Part shown: positions 13,344-49,623 of the stretch, piece by piece
Layout of the letters: every line of letters begins with the position of its first letter
Numbering within the stretch: position 1 is the stretch's first letter
Assembly (NCBI GenBank): GCA_963693365.1
Contig: CAVNZM010000005.1
Coordinates: 9,094,334-9,158,333 of the forward strand
DNA length: 64,000 bases
From: Amoebidium appalachense
Taxonomy: Eukaryota; Protista; Ichthyosporea
Direction of reading: 5' to 3'
The notes under the pieces: generated by a model
Told to the model about the DNA's origin: nothing
Seen by the model: only the letters and a program-made list of their open reading frames with translations
The model's database searches: none
Made by a program: the position numbers and the translations under genes

Positions 13344-14240
13344 ATGAAGATCATCGAGGTTACTCATCAAGAGGCAGCGGGCAGGCGTCAGAGCGAGCCC
13401 CTATGCAGCAGAAGTTATAGGCGCGAGACGGGGTCTTGGCATCCTTACAAATACATGGGCCCTCGCCCCTCAGCCGAGCTGTCTTCTCCACCTTCACCAT
13501 GGCGTTGCCACCAATCACCTTCGTTTTTTAATTGTAGCTCTCCTCCCACCCCTCGCAGCCCACCCCATGTTTATGAGCCTGAGTGCTGTCCTGATGATTT
13601 TAACAGGCCTCGTCTGGCGTACCATCCCTACGCCCCAAGACAGAGCCATAGCAACAGCGAAACCGCCTATGTAGGGCGCGAATTCCTAAAGTCGCACAGC
13701 CAAAGTTTTCCCGCCCCCACGCACGCCTACCGCCCAGCTACTTCCTCCTACAGCCGTGATGAATTGCACGATGGCAGACACGGCACACATGTCACAGTGC
13801 CCCGTAACTATGCCCAGGAAGAGTACAGCCTGTCGCGAACACCAACGTCCGAGTCAGCATGCTCAACCACATCCCAGTGGTACAGAAGTGAAAACGACCA
13901 CGTTTCTGATCGAACCTGCTCAAGACGGATTTCCTCCGCTATGGAGCAAGGAGAGGACCGACCAGCGCAAGCAAAACCCTTCCCTTTCAGCATCTGCCCT
14001 TACCGTCGGCCAAGTGGCGCTTCATCCCGTGCAGCGAATGTTCAAGTGGAAATCGACGCCAAGGACTTCTTGGCGATGAGAAGGGGTGGGCATGCGTCAG
14101 ACGAGGAGTTGGCACTGGAAGCGCAAGATCTCGGCAAGGGTTTGCTCAACATGGTGCCAAGAAGTGAAACCACACACACGGCACATGACGATCACCGACG
14201 CCTGTTTGAGCAAACTTTTGGATGCTTGGTTAGTTTTTAA
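13344..14240 (+). CDS. Hypothetical Ser/Pro/Arg-rich protein, 298 aa, intronless
   Basis: Long ORF in non-repetitive sequence with ATG context AACATG, AT-richer flanks and no recognised domain. Confidence 0.65.
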   Translation: MKIIEVTHQEAAGRRQSEPLCSRSYRRETGSWHPYKYMGPRPSAELSSPPSPWRCHQSPSFFNCSSPPTPRSPPHVYEPECCPDDFNRPRLAYHPYAPRQSHSNSETAYVGREFLKSHSQSFPAPTHAYRPATSSYSRDELHDGRHGTHVTVPRNYAQEEYSLSRTPTSESACSTTSQWYRSENDHVSDRTCSRRISSAMEQGEDRPAQAKPFPFSICPYRRPSGASSRAANVQVEIDAKDFLAMRRGGHASDEELALEAQDLGKGLLNMVPRSETTHTAHDDHRRLFEQTFGCLVSF

Positions 14241-16315
14241 GTAGGTCAGTAAAGGTTCCCTGAAAGTAATGGGTAAGCTGTCCTTATGTTTTCTAAAAGT
14301 AATGGGTAAAGCTGTGCTTGTCATAAATAGATGAATGTATATTCTTCAAATGATGCGAATGAGCTTTTGACATGATCCTGTATACTGTAACGTTGATTAC
14401 CTGTACACGGGAACCTTTGGTTAATAAAACTTTAAAACGAAAAACTTGCGTGAAAATACTGCGGCTTTTGGCAAGTTGTCTAGCGATAAAGTAACATCAA
14501 GATTTTGAGAATGGAAAGTGTTTTTGGACAAGAATAAAAAATGCACTGGCCTGAGAGCAGTTCCACGACCGGACAAACTTGAAAGTCGAGATATTAATGC
14601 GAAGGTCCACACTAGTATGTAGTCATGACCTTACTTCCAGAGCGCAGAATTTTCCAGCACACCATACCAACCACTATGAGAAGATGGAAATCCATCTGTA
14701 ATACTTTATCACCCCATCACCTGGTCCATCACGGCCATAGGCAAACCAAGCCTATTCCATGTGGGTACATCGAAAGTTTAACTCTCTGTTGTGCTGTCGA
14801 CTCTGTTGTGCTGTCGATCGAAAATGCGGTGCTTGGCAACTTCTGCTTCTTCCCCCCACACCAAAAATGCCCACGCACACACACACACACGTGCACACAC
14901 ACACACACGTGTAAGGTGCAAACGAACTGTGTGGCATTTTCTCTAGATAACACAGGGATAAAACTTCTGAAAAATTGGGAAACCGTTTGATTGGCCTTGT
15001 GCGCATCGCCCTTGATCTAGGGGGTTCCGACGGCCGCGGCTCGCCACTCAAGACCTCCTAGATCAGTTTTGACATCTAGGGTGACTTCCCGTTGATCATC
15101 ATCCACGGCGGCCATATATGCATGGCCCATGGTTTACGCTGTTTACTCAGGCAAAGAGAGAAATTTCCTGGCCAGGCCAGCATGGACGTAGGATTGAGCT
15201 CCCCTGGAAGTAAAACAAGAATAAAATACAAGCACAGAAAAAGGATATGTAAACACGAGGGAAGACGGTGTCCGGGCTTTCAAGGTTCTCGAAGGTAGTT
15301 TATTAAAGGGCACTGTCACGGGCTATGCATATGTACTAGTACTACTATTTAGTTACTGTCATGGCAATGTAGTGGTGGTCAAGGCCGTCTCGAAAATCCT
15401 TTTTGCTCTCTTATAGTCGAACACCCTGCATATTACGTATGTAGAATATCAGTTTAGAAGTCCCCTTCCATTCCATAGCCATTCGTGTGGCTCCATGGCC
15501 GCATCTCGATGTCTATCCCAGATATGTAAAAGTTTTATTTATCTGTAATCTGTAACTGTTATGTTCAGTCTAGGAGGTTGTTTTCTCTGGCCGCTGAGTA
15601 GCTGTAGGCCGGCAGGTGGCTGAGGACGTCGACCGAGGACCAAAACGGACGGAAGGGAAAGCCAGAGAAGATCACCTAATTCCATAACTCAAGCACCTTG
15701 AGGAAGTATCCGCATGTTCACAAGATGGCCTCCCCATGGTGAGACGCTCATGCCTCTGAATTAATAATCAGTAGCTGGGTAGAAATTTCTAGATCGCTCA
15801 AACATGCACACGCATTCAAACACACACACGCACACGCACACATCTACACATACATCCCTCCCTCCCCCCCCACATACACACGTACGCATATAGGCGTAGG
15901 AACGAAGGCACGCTCACAGGGAGCAAGTGCACGCACATATAAGCACACACACACACTTACACACACACACACACACACACACGCACAATGCTCGCGCGCA
16001 CACACACACACGTACACACACAAAAATGACACACGACATGAGCGCACTGGCACACAGCCATTCACCACCATCTACCCCCCCCCCCCCCGTCCCCGACCCC
16101 TCCCCCCCCCCCCCCCCCCCCCCCCCAAACACACACACACACAGCGCAAAGAGAAACACACACAGGTGGCAAACAGGACTGGTATAGTCACGGGTCGAAA
16201 CAGAAGGTTTACAGCGCTCCTTGCACGCACTGATGTTGTGCATCAGGAAGGGGGAAAAAAAAAGAAAGAAAGAAATCTAATCGTATGCATGGTTGGAAGA
16301 ACCACTATTAGCCCC

Positions 16316-27341
<11,026 letters not shown>

Positions 27342-27412
27342 TCTCGTGCTGCCTGCCCGTTTTGTCGACATGTCGGCTGCAGTATTCGTCCCCACCCGAC
27401 ACACATAACACA

Positions 27413-27479
<67 letters not shown>

Positions 27480-27514
27480 ACACAGACACAGACACACACA
27501 GACACACACGCCCG

Positions 27515-27650
<136 letters not shown>

Positions 27651-27839
27651 ATACGCCTGTGCGCGCACACACCACACGGGGTCACACACACACACACGTG
27701 CGCGCACACACCTCCCCCTTCCTTTTCTTTTTGCGAAATTTCTAGAACTTTGCTGCATGGGCTTAGTCGGAAACCAAACATAGCCTACCCGAATGATTGT
27801 CACACACGTACTTTTTTCTTTTCTTTTTTTTTTTTTTTT

Positions 27840-27901
<62 letters not shown>

Positions 27902-28776
27902 ATGCACGAAAGTAGTGTGTCGAATGGACTGAGGTATTTCACGCAAGATGTGGAATGTACAATATGTTGCTTTATTGCTGCCACGGGTTTCCAGCCAAAT
28001 GGAGTATCGCGAGGTTGTTTTTAATAGGTAAAATTCGAATAGGTAGAATTCAAAAGCTATGAATGGAAGTATCTCAGTGTGACGTCACATGCCATAATCG
28101 CTGGCAACGGCTGAATTTTGGTAGTCTGACAGCGTAGCCCACCCACCTTATCTAGCCTTGTATGTGGCCTGTTTCACCCTAGCGGTGGCACACCATCATA
28201 TATGTACATACATCCCATGATGTTCCAAATGCAATAAACGAAATAAACAGGCTTATGAGAAGCCTGAGCCTTACAACCACTAGTTCATTATTACTCAAGG
28301 CCCGTTCAGTTGATCATCCCGCGGCCGGGCCCTTATGGTTTCGCATTCTCCCCTCCCTCCCCTCCCCCTCCCCCCACCCTCCCCCTCCCCTTCCCTCCCT
28401 CCTCTCCTCCCACCCATGCGTGTGCATGCACATGCATACACACGTGCGTGCACACATTGCACACATATGCAAACACAAACCCAATCGTTCTCTTACTTAA
28501 GCTGTCCGACACTACCATACACCATCACACACACACACTCTCTCTCTGTCTCTTTCTCTCGCTTTCAGTCTCGCATACACACACACTCCAACTCCCCCCC
28601 CCATCCCCCCTCTCCCCCCCCCCCCCCCCCCCCCCCTTCCCCACCCTTCCCCACATGTCATGACACAAACACACACACACACCTCCCCCCCCCCCCTCTC
28701 TCTATCTCTCTCGTCCAGCCTCCCTCCCCCCCCCCTCCTCTCCCCCCCCCCCCCCCCCCCCCTTTCCCCACACACA

Positions 28777-28826
<50 letters not shown>

Positions 28827-28853
28827 CTCTATCTCTCGTCCAGCCTCCCCCCC

Positions 28854-28886
<33 letters not shown>

Positions 28887-29640
28887 TGGCTCTCCCCTCT
28901 TCCTTCCTCCCCCTCCTCCATGACCCCTCGAGAACACAGCTGCAGCGTTCACGCACACTTCCCCATATGCACCCGGCTGTGATCACACACCTTATTGCCA
29001 GCCACAAACGGGCTACCGTATCATGATGTACACCGACGGTACATGCATGACACAGGTTTTGCCATGGGCCGAAGGTAAATATTCAGATATTTGTGTTTGT
29101 GCAAAACTGAGCGCCGGTTTTTAAATTACTTCATATACCATGAACTGCAAACACACTTACATAATTGTATTTGCACACTTCAATCCGTGCCATGAAAATG
29201 GCATGCACCGAAACGTGTTCATATGTTCAGCTAATTCTCGGTCAACATATCACATAGAGCCCTCCTATCGCTATCACCTGCTCATGGTGCGCATGTACAT
29301 CCTAACTAAACACGGAAAAAAGATATAAAGAAGCAAAAAAGAATTTTCCTTTCACCAAGAAAGAAAAAAAAAAGAAAAAAAGGGGGGAGGGGGGGGGGGG
29401 TGTGTGTTGAATTTGTTAATAGTTTAAAAAAATCTCTAAACCACAACAAAAAATAACTGCAACAAGGCATCTCTATGCCCGCATCCACGACTTGTGCATG
29501 CAACCCTCTAAACCTCAGCCCTGGGTGTGTGACCATGTGCCTACACGTAAGCTGTGTGTGCACGTGTGTGCGTGTGTGCATGCCCCACATGAGTCCGTGC
29601 ACACGTGTACGCATAGGTGGAAGCGCACGTTCGTGTGGGA

Positions 29641-29757
<117 letters not shown>

Positions 29758-29768
29758 CGCAGGTCTCT

Positions 29769-29823
<55 letters not shown>

Positions 29824-29836
29824 CGCAGGTGTCTCT

Positions 29837-29886
<50 letters not shown>

Positions 29887-29977
29887 CATGCACAAGTGTA
29901 CGTGCATATCTTGTATCAAGCGCACCTTTGCTCCTTTGCTTGGCACTCATGCACACAGTAGATCTTAAAATCACACA

Positions 29978-31134
29978 TCACTGCCTGCCATCCCACTCAG
30001 CCAAAAAGCTCTCCAACCACGCAACCATCGTCTCATGTCTCCCCTCAGCAACCTTTCTCCCACTCTCCGTTTTCATCATTCCTTTCAGTTTCAGCAATTT
30101 CTCGTAAAAATGGTTCAAAGTTGTCTGTTTCACAGTAGAACTCATATACGCCTCCTTCGTCAAATTTTCACGGGGGGGCACATCGGGATCGTGCAGTGTG
30201 CGATTGAAAAACCCCCCAAAGGTAAGACACCGCGCAACACCGACTGCGCCGATTGCGTCGAGCCGATCTGCGTCTTGAACCACGGCTAGTTCCGGGTAGA
30301 AACTGGTTCCTGTGGATGATAGCTCCTCCTGAGAGGAGAAAGAGGTTGGGGGAGTGAGAGGGGGGAGGGGGGGGAGGAAGGTGGTGGTGGTGGCGGTGGG
30401 GGGGGGGGGGGGGGGGGGGGGCGGGGGAGGGGAGAAAGGGGAGGGGGGGGAGGGGAGAGGGGAGAGGAAAGGGGAGGAAAGGGGGTGGGACGGGGGGGGA
30501 GGGGGGGGTGGAGAACAAAATTTGTGCGCGCGCGTGTGTGTATGTGTGTGTGTATGTGTGTGAGTGTGTGTGTGTGTGTTTGTGTGTGTGTGCGTGTGTG
30601 TGATGCTCCATCTGGGGCAGGCGGGGGAGAGTATGAAGTATACATTCACGACGGGACAAGGCACGGCAGAATTGGAAAAAAAAGTACATTCACAAATGTA
30701 CAACACGGGTAGAGCTCACTGTCGTGTATGTGTGTGTGTGCGTGCATGTGGGTGGGTGAGTGGTGAGGGGAAGAGGGGGGGGGGGGGGGGGGAAGGGGGG
30801 GTTGGGGTGGGGGGGGGGGGGAGGGGGGGGGGAGTGGATAAGGATGTGGGTTGGGAGAAAATGAGGATAGGTTGCTGGAAGGTAATATTGGTAAATGAAG
30901 GTTAAAATGGTAATTTAAGGTTTAAAATTTAAATTTAACCTTGAGGGTACAAACCGAAATACTTTCAAATTAGCTTACAGAAACGTAGGTGTGTGTGTGG
31001 AGGGGAGGGGGGGGGGATGAGGGGGGGGGGGGGGGGAGGGGGAGGAGGGGGGAAGGACCAAAAGACCATAAGGTTAACATAGCTGGGTGATTATGTGACA
31101 TGTGGCCTGTGGTGTGTGTGCATGTTTGCGTGTG

Positions 31135-31233
<99 letters not shown>

Positions 31234-31251
31234 ATGTGGATGTGTGTGTGC

Positions 31252-31283
<32 letters not shown>

Positions 31284-31328
31284 GTGTATGTGTGTGTGTG
31301 TGTGTGTGTGTTGTGTGTGTGTGTGGTC

Positions 31329-31396
<68 letters not shown>

Positions 31397-31409
31397 TGTG
31401 TGTGTGTGG

Positions 31410-31442
<33 letters not shown>

Positions 31443-32121
31443 TGTGTGTCTGTGTGTGTGTGGTCGTGTAAGCATACCTTAAACCCCATCTTTGCAATAA
31501 TATCCATCACCTCATCCGCACGTGGGTACCCGTTATCCCGCAGAAACACCGCTGCATCTGCTTTTTTCTCGCCGTCTTTTGGCGCATACTTCCAATCACC
31601 GACGTCGTGAAGTAGAGCGGCAAGCTCCACAATCTCCATGGATCTTTCGGGAAGCTTCTCGTCACGTGCAAGACGTAGTGCCATGTTGCGCACACGGTGG
31701 ATGTGCCTGTTTGTGGTCACAGTGCTGTATGAGTACTCGAGCATCCCTCCCCCACCCCTCCCCCCTCGCCCCCCGGCCTGGCCCCCCCTTCCACCCACCT
31801 CCCCTCCCCCCCCCTCCGTTTGTTGTCTGCCCTCCCCCCCCCCTCCCCCTGCATCCTTCCCCCCCCCCCCCCCCCCCCCCCCTCCCCAAAAAAAAACACA
31901 AAAAATAACACACACAAAAAAAAAACAAAAAAAAAAACAAAAAAAAAAAACAACAACACCCAGCCTCCTTCCCTGACGGTCCTCTTGATCTGTCCTTCTC
32001 ATTCACTTTTTCCATTTGCTCACCCCTTGTCTCTCTTCAGTACCCTCTCAAAAATTTCCCCTATAATCCGTTCACTTCCCCTTCACATTCTTCCCTCCCC
32101 TGTGGCCCTTCTTCTACTTCC

Positions 32122-32155
<34 letters not shown>

Positions 32156-33041
32156 TTCCCCACCCCCTCCCCCCCACCCGGCCCGGCTCCCCTCCCTGCC
32201 TCCCTTTTCCCCACTACTTCCAAACCCTTCAACCTCATTGCAAGAGCCCCCCCCCCCCCCCCCCCCCCCTTTTCCCCCTGCACCAATACACGCACACACA
32301 GAAAAAAGAAAGAAAGAAAGAAAATAACACAACCTCCACGTCCTTTCCCCAGTCCCCACTTCTTTGGCTCCTCCCTATTTCCTGCCTCCTGTTCCTAATG
32401 AATCTTAAACGTTCAGTCTGTTTTAAGGTCATCACCGTGCTCTGGCTCCCTTAGCTTCTTGACATGCTCCATTCCCACAGCCCAACCCTACCCCTCCTTG
32501 ATCCCCTCACTGTCCCATCTCCAGATAAGACTTTGCTGTCCCCTCCTTTCATTGTTATTACTGACCCCTTTTCCCAGCCTCCCCCCCTCTCCCCCCACCT
32601 CCCTCTCCCACACCTTTTAGTTGGTGCCTCTTTTATCCCCCCCTCCCCCTCCCCTCTTCCTCCCCTCCCCCCGTCCTTATACCCTCGCCCGCATTCCCCT
32701 GTCCTAATCCCCTCCCTTTCCCCCGGCCGTCCGGGTGCCCCTTTCTCCTATAACCGGGGTATAGTTTAACCCTCGTTGCATTCCCAACCAGTAAATGACC
32801 GCTAATCCCTTCTCTCTCCACCCAACTAACACCAGCTTTTGCCGGTGGAAACGATAACATGCACGGCTCGATCTTTAAAACAAGTGTGAGTGCCGGCAGG
32901 ATCAAACAGGTTATTATGATGTCTTCGCCAAAGGGTTACTCACCAATAGTCATGAGAGGCGTCATTGTTCGCAAGTGCTTCTTTTACAAACGCCTCTGCT
33001 AGACGGCAGATGTTCCCTTCTGAGGCTCCGTTGCTAGACAT
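29978..33041 (-). CDS. HD-domain metal-dependent phosphohydrolase (YpgQ/YedJ-like), ~225 aa, 3 exons
   Basis: Exons 33041-32944, 31706-31478, 30328-29978; motifs DASHDYWHIHRV, AALLHDVGDWKY, VQDADRLDAIGAVG, NHFYEKLLKLK. Confidence 0.92.
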
Positions 33042-33804
33042 GTTGCGTTGAAAAAGAGTAAAGGTGGCTAGGCGGTATTTGGCTACGATGTTAGTGCACT
33101 TGTACACCTGGAGTCGTGTAAATCGTAGCATGTGGTGGTATTATAATTAGTGAGCGTTGCTGTGTTTATGGAAGAGACAAAGCACGGGGTATTACGGACT
33201 CCGTTGTCACGAAAATGGAAGTGGGTTCCGAAAGAAGAGCATAACACTTAGTTGGCTGGCAAAAAGTTATGACTTAGGTTCACGGTGGGACAGGGCACGC
33301 AAGCTCAGGCTGGCAGGACAGTGGGCTAACTTTCGCGCTAAAAACCCTCATAAGCCAATCATTTTCCATGGCTATAACATTATATGACGTCATATCCCCC
33401 ACCAGCTACCCGCTACCCCCCACCCTCCGGACATGAGAATTCTACTGAAAGGTGGAGATCTGAGGCGGTATAGAAAGGTTAGTAGAATCACTTTGTGTTA
33501 AACGTAGAAAACTGGCAGGAGGAAGAAAGAGAGCTGAACACACGCACGAGACAGTTAGACAACCGCTGTTAGATTCCTTTTTCGTTGGCTCAACTGGTGG
33601 GTGCCCATATGCCTCATGAAAGCCTCATCCTTTTTAGTGCCTTTTGGGTGTGTACACGTCTACGTAAAGCAAACCCGTTTTGGTTAGATGTTTGCATCTT
33701 ACCGTTCATGTTTAAATTTCACCTATTTTCTGACATCTAGCAAGGTGGGGCTTCGATTTTTGGGAGCTGAACGTGGCAAGCCGGTTTCGAGTTTTGTTGG
33801 CACA
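33042..33804. promoter_or_regulatory. Probable bidirectional promoter between the HD gene and RTCA
   Basis: Divergent start codons ~760 bp apart; microsatellite-free; CCAAT near 33355 and palindromic TGACGTCA near 33385. Confidence 0.5.
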
Positions 33805-45282
<11,478 letters not shown>

Positions 45283-45611
45283 GGTCGATCACATCGGACC
45301 CTCCCCTCCTCCCCCCCCCCCCCCCCCCCCCTCCGGGCGCCCCTTTCCCTTCCTCTTCTGCAATCCTCCCCGCAGGCTCCCACGCGCGGATCAAGACACG
45401 TGTTCAAGCGCATGTGATGAACCTTAACAGACACACGCCACACGCGCTTGCACACACATACCCGCACGTGCATGCGTGAATCGGGCGAATGCAGACCCAC
45501 ACACTCCTACACACTCATGCACACACACACACACATTCACTCTCAATTACTAACTCACTCACTCACTCAACCACCCATACTGACTCAATCGCTCACACGC
45601 GCACGCGCGCG

Positions 45612-45710
<99 letters not shown>

Positions 45711-46872
45711 GCACACCCACACGCACAAGGCTTATCATGCCTCTTCCCTACCTCTGCCCTCTCCACTTCTTCAGCAATGACCGTATTTTTATAATTTTTT
45801 AAAGCAGAACGTAGAAGATTGTAACATTGGAAAATTTTGTTATTGCACGAATGTTGTTACGCTCTTTGATTGATTTAGTTCTAAGTCGGCACTGTTGTGC
45901 CATCAATATGTATGAAGTCGTACATGATGATTGGTTTTGCCCTTGTACGATGAATTTTGGAAGAGACATCGACTTGGTCTTTATTCTAACATGGATGGCT
46001 TTTTCAATAGTGGACGTAGAATTGTCTTCAAGTCTGAATTAGTCTAACGTTATTATACCAAGTATCTTTCTTATTCCCTTGATTATACGGTGGCACCCCA
46101 ATGTGTGTGCACGTGTGTGTGTTTGTGAGTGTTTGTGGCTGTGTGTGTGTTGGTCGTGTGCACGTGTTTGTGTGTGTGTGTGTGTGGTGGGGGGGGGGGG
46201 GGGGGGGAACCGGGGTGGGACTTCCCCCAAAACAAACAAATCACACACGTCGCCAACCCCCCGCCCCCGCCCCTGGGAGGGACTCGGGACCCCCCCCCCC
46301 CCCCCCCCCCCCCCCCAACTGTTTCAACCGCACTGACGACGCAGAACGTACAGCTTCAGGCCGTGCACCCGGGCCGGGCAATATCATGCCGGCATGGCGC
46401 TGCGAGAGTTGTTGACCAATCAAAGCAACCGCATTTGATAATTCTACATTCCAGAATAACACCTCTAAGTTAGGCTCTAACACTTGTTCACAGACCTTCG
46501 CATTGGAGTTTAGCTCTTATCTGCCACAGTAGGCCTACTGCTGGGTTTTCAGTATCTTAACTCCTTTGACATCGTTTCTCGCATCAACATCAAATTCCCT
46601 AAGTGATGTAATTAGTGCAGTGCATTGTACAACAACACTACGCTGGCGGACGAATAGATAGGAGCGAAAATATGTATTGCGCATACCATTGAATTAACAA
46701 AACTCTCAGCGTCCAATCCGATTTTCGACTTGCATGCAGTCGCACTGCCTCAGTAAACGCTTGAAGATAGAGTCGCTACTTGGCTGTGTAGGCTACTGAA
46801 AACGAGGGCTTGTCAGAACAGAAAAACTTTATCAGGTGTTTATTCTTTTTATAAGTATACATCCTGCACAGT

Positions 46873-46962
46873 TAAGAAAGGTAGAGTTTGATGCCTGTAA
46901 TGGGATTATCTTGGCCCTAAGAAAGGTAGAGTTTGATGCCTGTAATGGGATTATCTTGGCCC
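46873..46962. repeat. Perfect 45-bp tandem duplication
   Basis: taagaaaggtagagtttgatgcctgtaatgggattatcttggccc occurs twice. Confidence 0.95.
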
Positions 46963-47301
46963 GGCGTGTGTGGGAAATCGAAGGCACCTGAGAGGTCCAG
47001 TAAGGTTTACTCGACCAATATCGGCTAAACGATAGCGTCCAATCGTTATCAAGCGTCACATCTCGCGCAGGTATATAAACACCAAACCCACCATAAGCCC
47101 TCTCAGTTCAAACTTCAAAGCCAGTTGTGCAGAAGTACAGCCATAGCATCCCGCTCGCTCTCCTACAAAACGAGTTGCAAACTGTATCACCTGGCCACCG
47201 AAAAAAACCAAACCGTGATCTGTGCATACCTGTAGTATCGCACACATTTTCAGCCTTGCAATCACACATCATCTATTCTTCAACCATCCGCCCACGCAAC
47301 C

Positions 47302-48102
47302 ATGCAGCCCATCCTTTTTGGCGCCCTTTTGGCCGTCACGGCGCAGCAGACAGAGGCCACGTGGGGCCTAAACACGTGGTGGGGATGGAACCCGTCCGGC
47401 ACCGCCACGGCCACGGCCAAGCCCAGCAGTGCGTCCGCGGCCACCAACTGGGGCTGGGGCTGGAACTGGGGCCCATGGGCCGGGAAGCCAGCAGGCGCCA
47501 ACCTGTGGGGGTCGTGCCCTCAGGGCCAGTGGCAGTGGCGCACGGGCTGCCGCGCCATTCCCGAGTGTGCGCCCGGCCAGGCCTGGAAGGGCTGGGCGGC
47601 CGGCTGCTGCCGAAACGACTGCCCCATCAACCAGACGTGGGACCCACGCACCGGCCGCTGCTGCGCCGAGCCCACGTGCCCAGCCGGACAGGGCTGGAAG
47701 GGCTGGGCCCGTGGCTGCTGTGCCGACAATCCCGCCCCCGTGTCCCGCCCGGCCACAAAACCTGCCCCTGCCCCCGCGCGCAATGTGGCCGTTGCCCAGC
47801 CAGCCCCCGCCCCCGTCAGTGCCCCTGAGCCTGTGTCCGACCTGGCAGGGGAGGACGTCGATGTGGTCGATGACGCCGCCCCGGTCAGCCCTCCACCTGC
47901 TGTGGTCCGCCCTGCGCCCATTCCCGTTTCTGACTCGATTGCAGCACCACGCCCCGCTCAGGTTCCAGTGACCTCGAACGCATCCCCCGTTGCTGCGTCT
48001 GCTGGCAATGATGATGCTATCGAGGGAAGTGCTGTGGGTGAGGAGAATCTGGTGGTGGATGGAGAGGAAGTGCCCTACGTGGGTGAGGGTGCTGACCAGT
48101 AA
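47302..48102 (+). CDS. Secreted Trp/Gly/Cys-rich protein, copy 1 (266 aa)
   Basis: Signal-peptide-like N-terminus, WG repeats, CPxGQxWKGWxxGCC modules, Pro/Ala linker, acidic tail; strong GC3 bias; frame conserved across three copies. Confidence 0.88.
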   Translation: MQPILFGALLAVTAQQTEATWGLNTWWGWNPSGTATATAKPSSASAATNWGWGWNWGPWAGKPAGANLWGSCPQGQWQWRTGCRAIPECAPGQAWKGWAAGCCRNDCPINQTWDPRTGRCCAEPTCPAGQGWKGWARGCCADNPAPVSRPATKPAPAPARNVAVAQPAPAPVSAPEPVSDLAGEDVDVVDDAAPVSPPPAVVRPAPIPVSDSIAAPRPAQVPVTSNASPVAASAGNDDAIEGSAVGEENLVVDGEEVPYVGEGADQ

Positions 48103-49573
48103 TGTGCAAATTCAATGCAATAAGCCGTGATATGAATGACTACTTCTGTGAAAAGCATCAATATATATGTACGTAATGAAACTTAGTGTTGTTGCCTCTA
48201 AAACATTTTCGTTTCATTGTAAAAACCAGTACCCGTTTCATTGTAAAAACTAGTACCCATGCTGCTTGTAGCAGTCTTATTATGCCTGCACCTGTAGTGG
48301 GCAACCTACGAATGATTAAATGCAAACCCCCGTAAATTTAACGCACATACGCACGGCCCAGGCTGCTGGAAGCCGTTGTACTACGACTTTCCCAAGAGGC
48401 TTTTGTGTACCTTGCTTGCATGCACAACCCATTCCCGTTACCAAATCTCTCCCACAACGGAGCCCTGATAAATTGTTTCCCTCCCTTGCACCCCTCTACT
48501 GCCACCTGTATCCACTGCTGTCCAAATACCGTACTTGCCCCCCCCTCCAACACTCCCAGTGACGGCCTACCCCCCCCCCCCCCCTCCCCCCACCACCCCC
48601 CTTCCCCCCTTTTCGCCCTCTTCCCACTTCCTACCCTTGCAGATTCCGTGTTCCAACCTTCTCTACCCTTCTAGTAACGTCTTTCCCACCCCCCACCCCC
48701 CACCCCCCCCCCCCCTCCCCCGGACCCTACCTCCTTCCCGTCAAGCACCAAAACCGTCACCACCACAACCTTTCCCTCGCCTGCCCAGAAGTTAAAACTA
48801 GTACCCCCCTTACCCCCCTCCCCACCCCTGAGCCCCCCCCCCCCCCCCCCCCCCCCCCCCTCTCCCCGCCCCTCCTCCCCACCAATGGGCCGTGTTGTCC
48901 CAGTGCTGGTGGCACAAAACAATACTTTCACTAAGAATGATTGCCGTACCAGCTCTCACCACGCCCAAGCTACACAATCATAGTATGATGTTTCTTTGTA
49001 AATAGAATGACCATTATGAGCGCTATGAGCCGTCTTACAGTTTTTGTTTTGTTTTTAATCTGAAACACCCACGTTAATTGCGCATCACACTTCACGCACA
49101 GTGGCTGTAGTCACACCAACGGACGCCTGTAGCGAGCAATCGCGCACGCCTGCACACACACACGCGCCAACACAAACATGCACACACATAATAAAGACGC
49201 ACATACAAACACACGCACAAACAAACACACGCAAACACAAACACAGGCACACACAAACACAGGCACACACGCACGCACACCCAAACACACACACACACGC
49301 GCGCGCGCGCACACACACACACACACACTCACTGTCAAACATTACAGGCAGGTATCTTGCAAATTGGATGCACATCGCAAGTCCACTTGTTATTGACCCA
49401 CGGTAGCATTTAGGGTCATTATTTCTTACATAACTTTCAAGTGAATCAGGAAGCCTCTTGCTTCAATGCCAGCTTAATGTTGCACCTGTGCAACTGAAAG
49501 AAAAAAGAACATGCATCGTTTCACAATCGGCCCCGGAAACCATACGGGCAGAAGGGGGACTGAATGGGGGAGT

Positions 49574-49623
<50 letters not shown>

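Noticed and set aside
15303-15322. Kolobok-like terminus TTAA-AGGGCACTGTCACG
   Set aside because: No matching opposite end found
48211-48258. 24-bp tandem duplication (also a 17-mer pair near 53403 and a 17-mer array at ~18825-18910)
   Set aside because: Ordinary replication-slippage products
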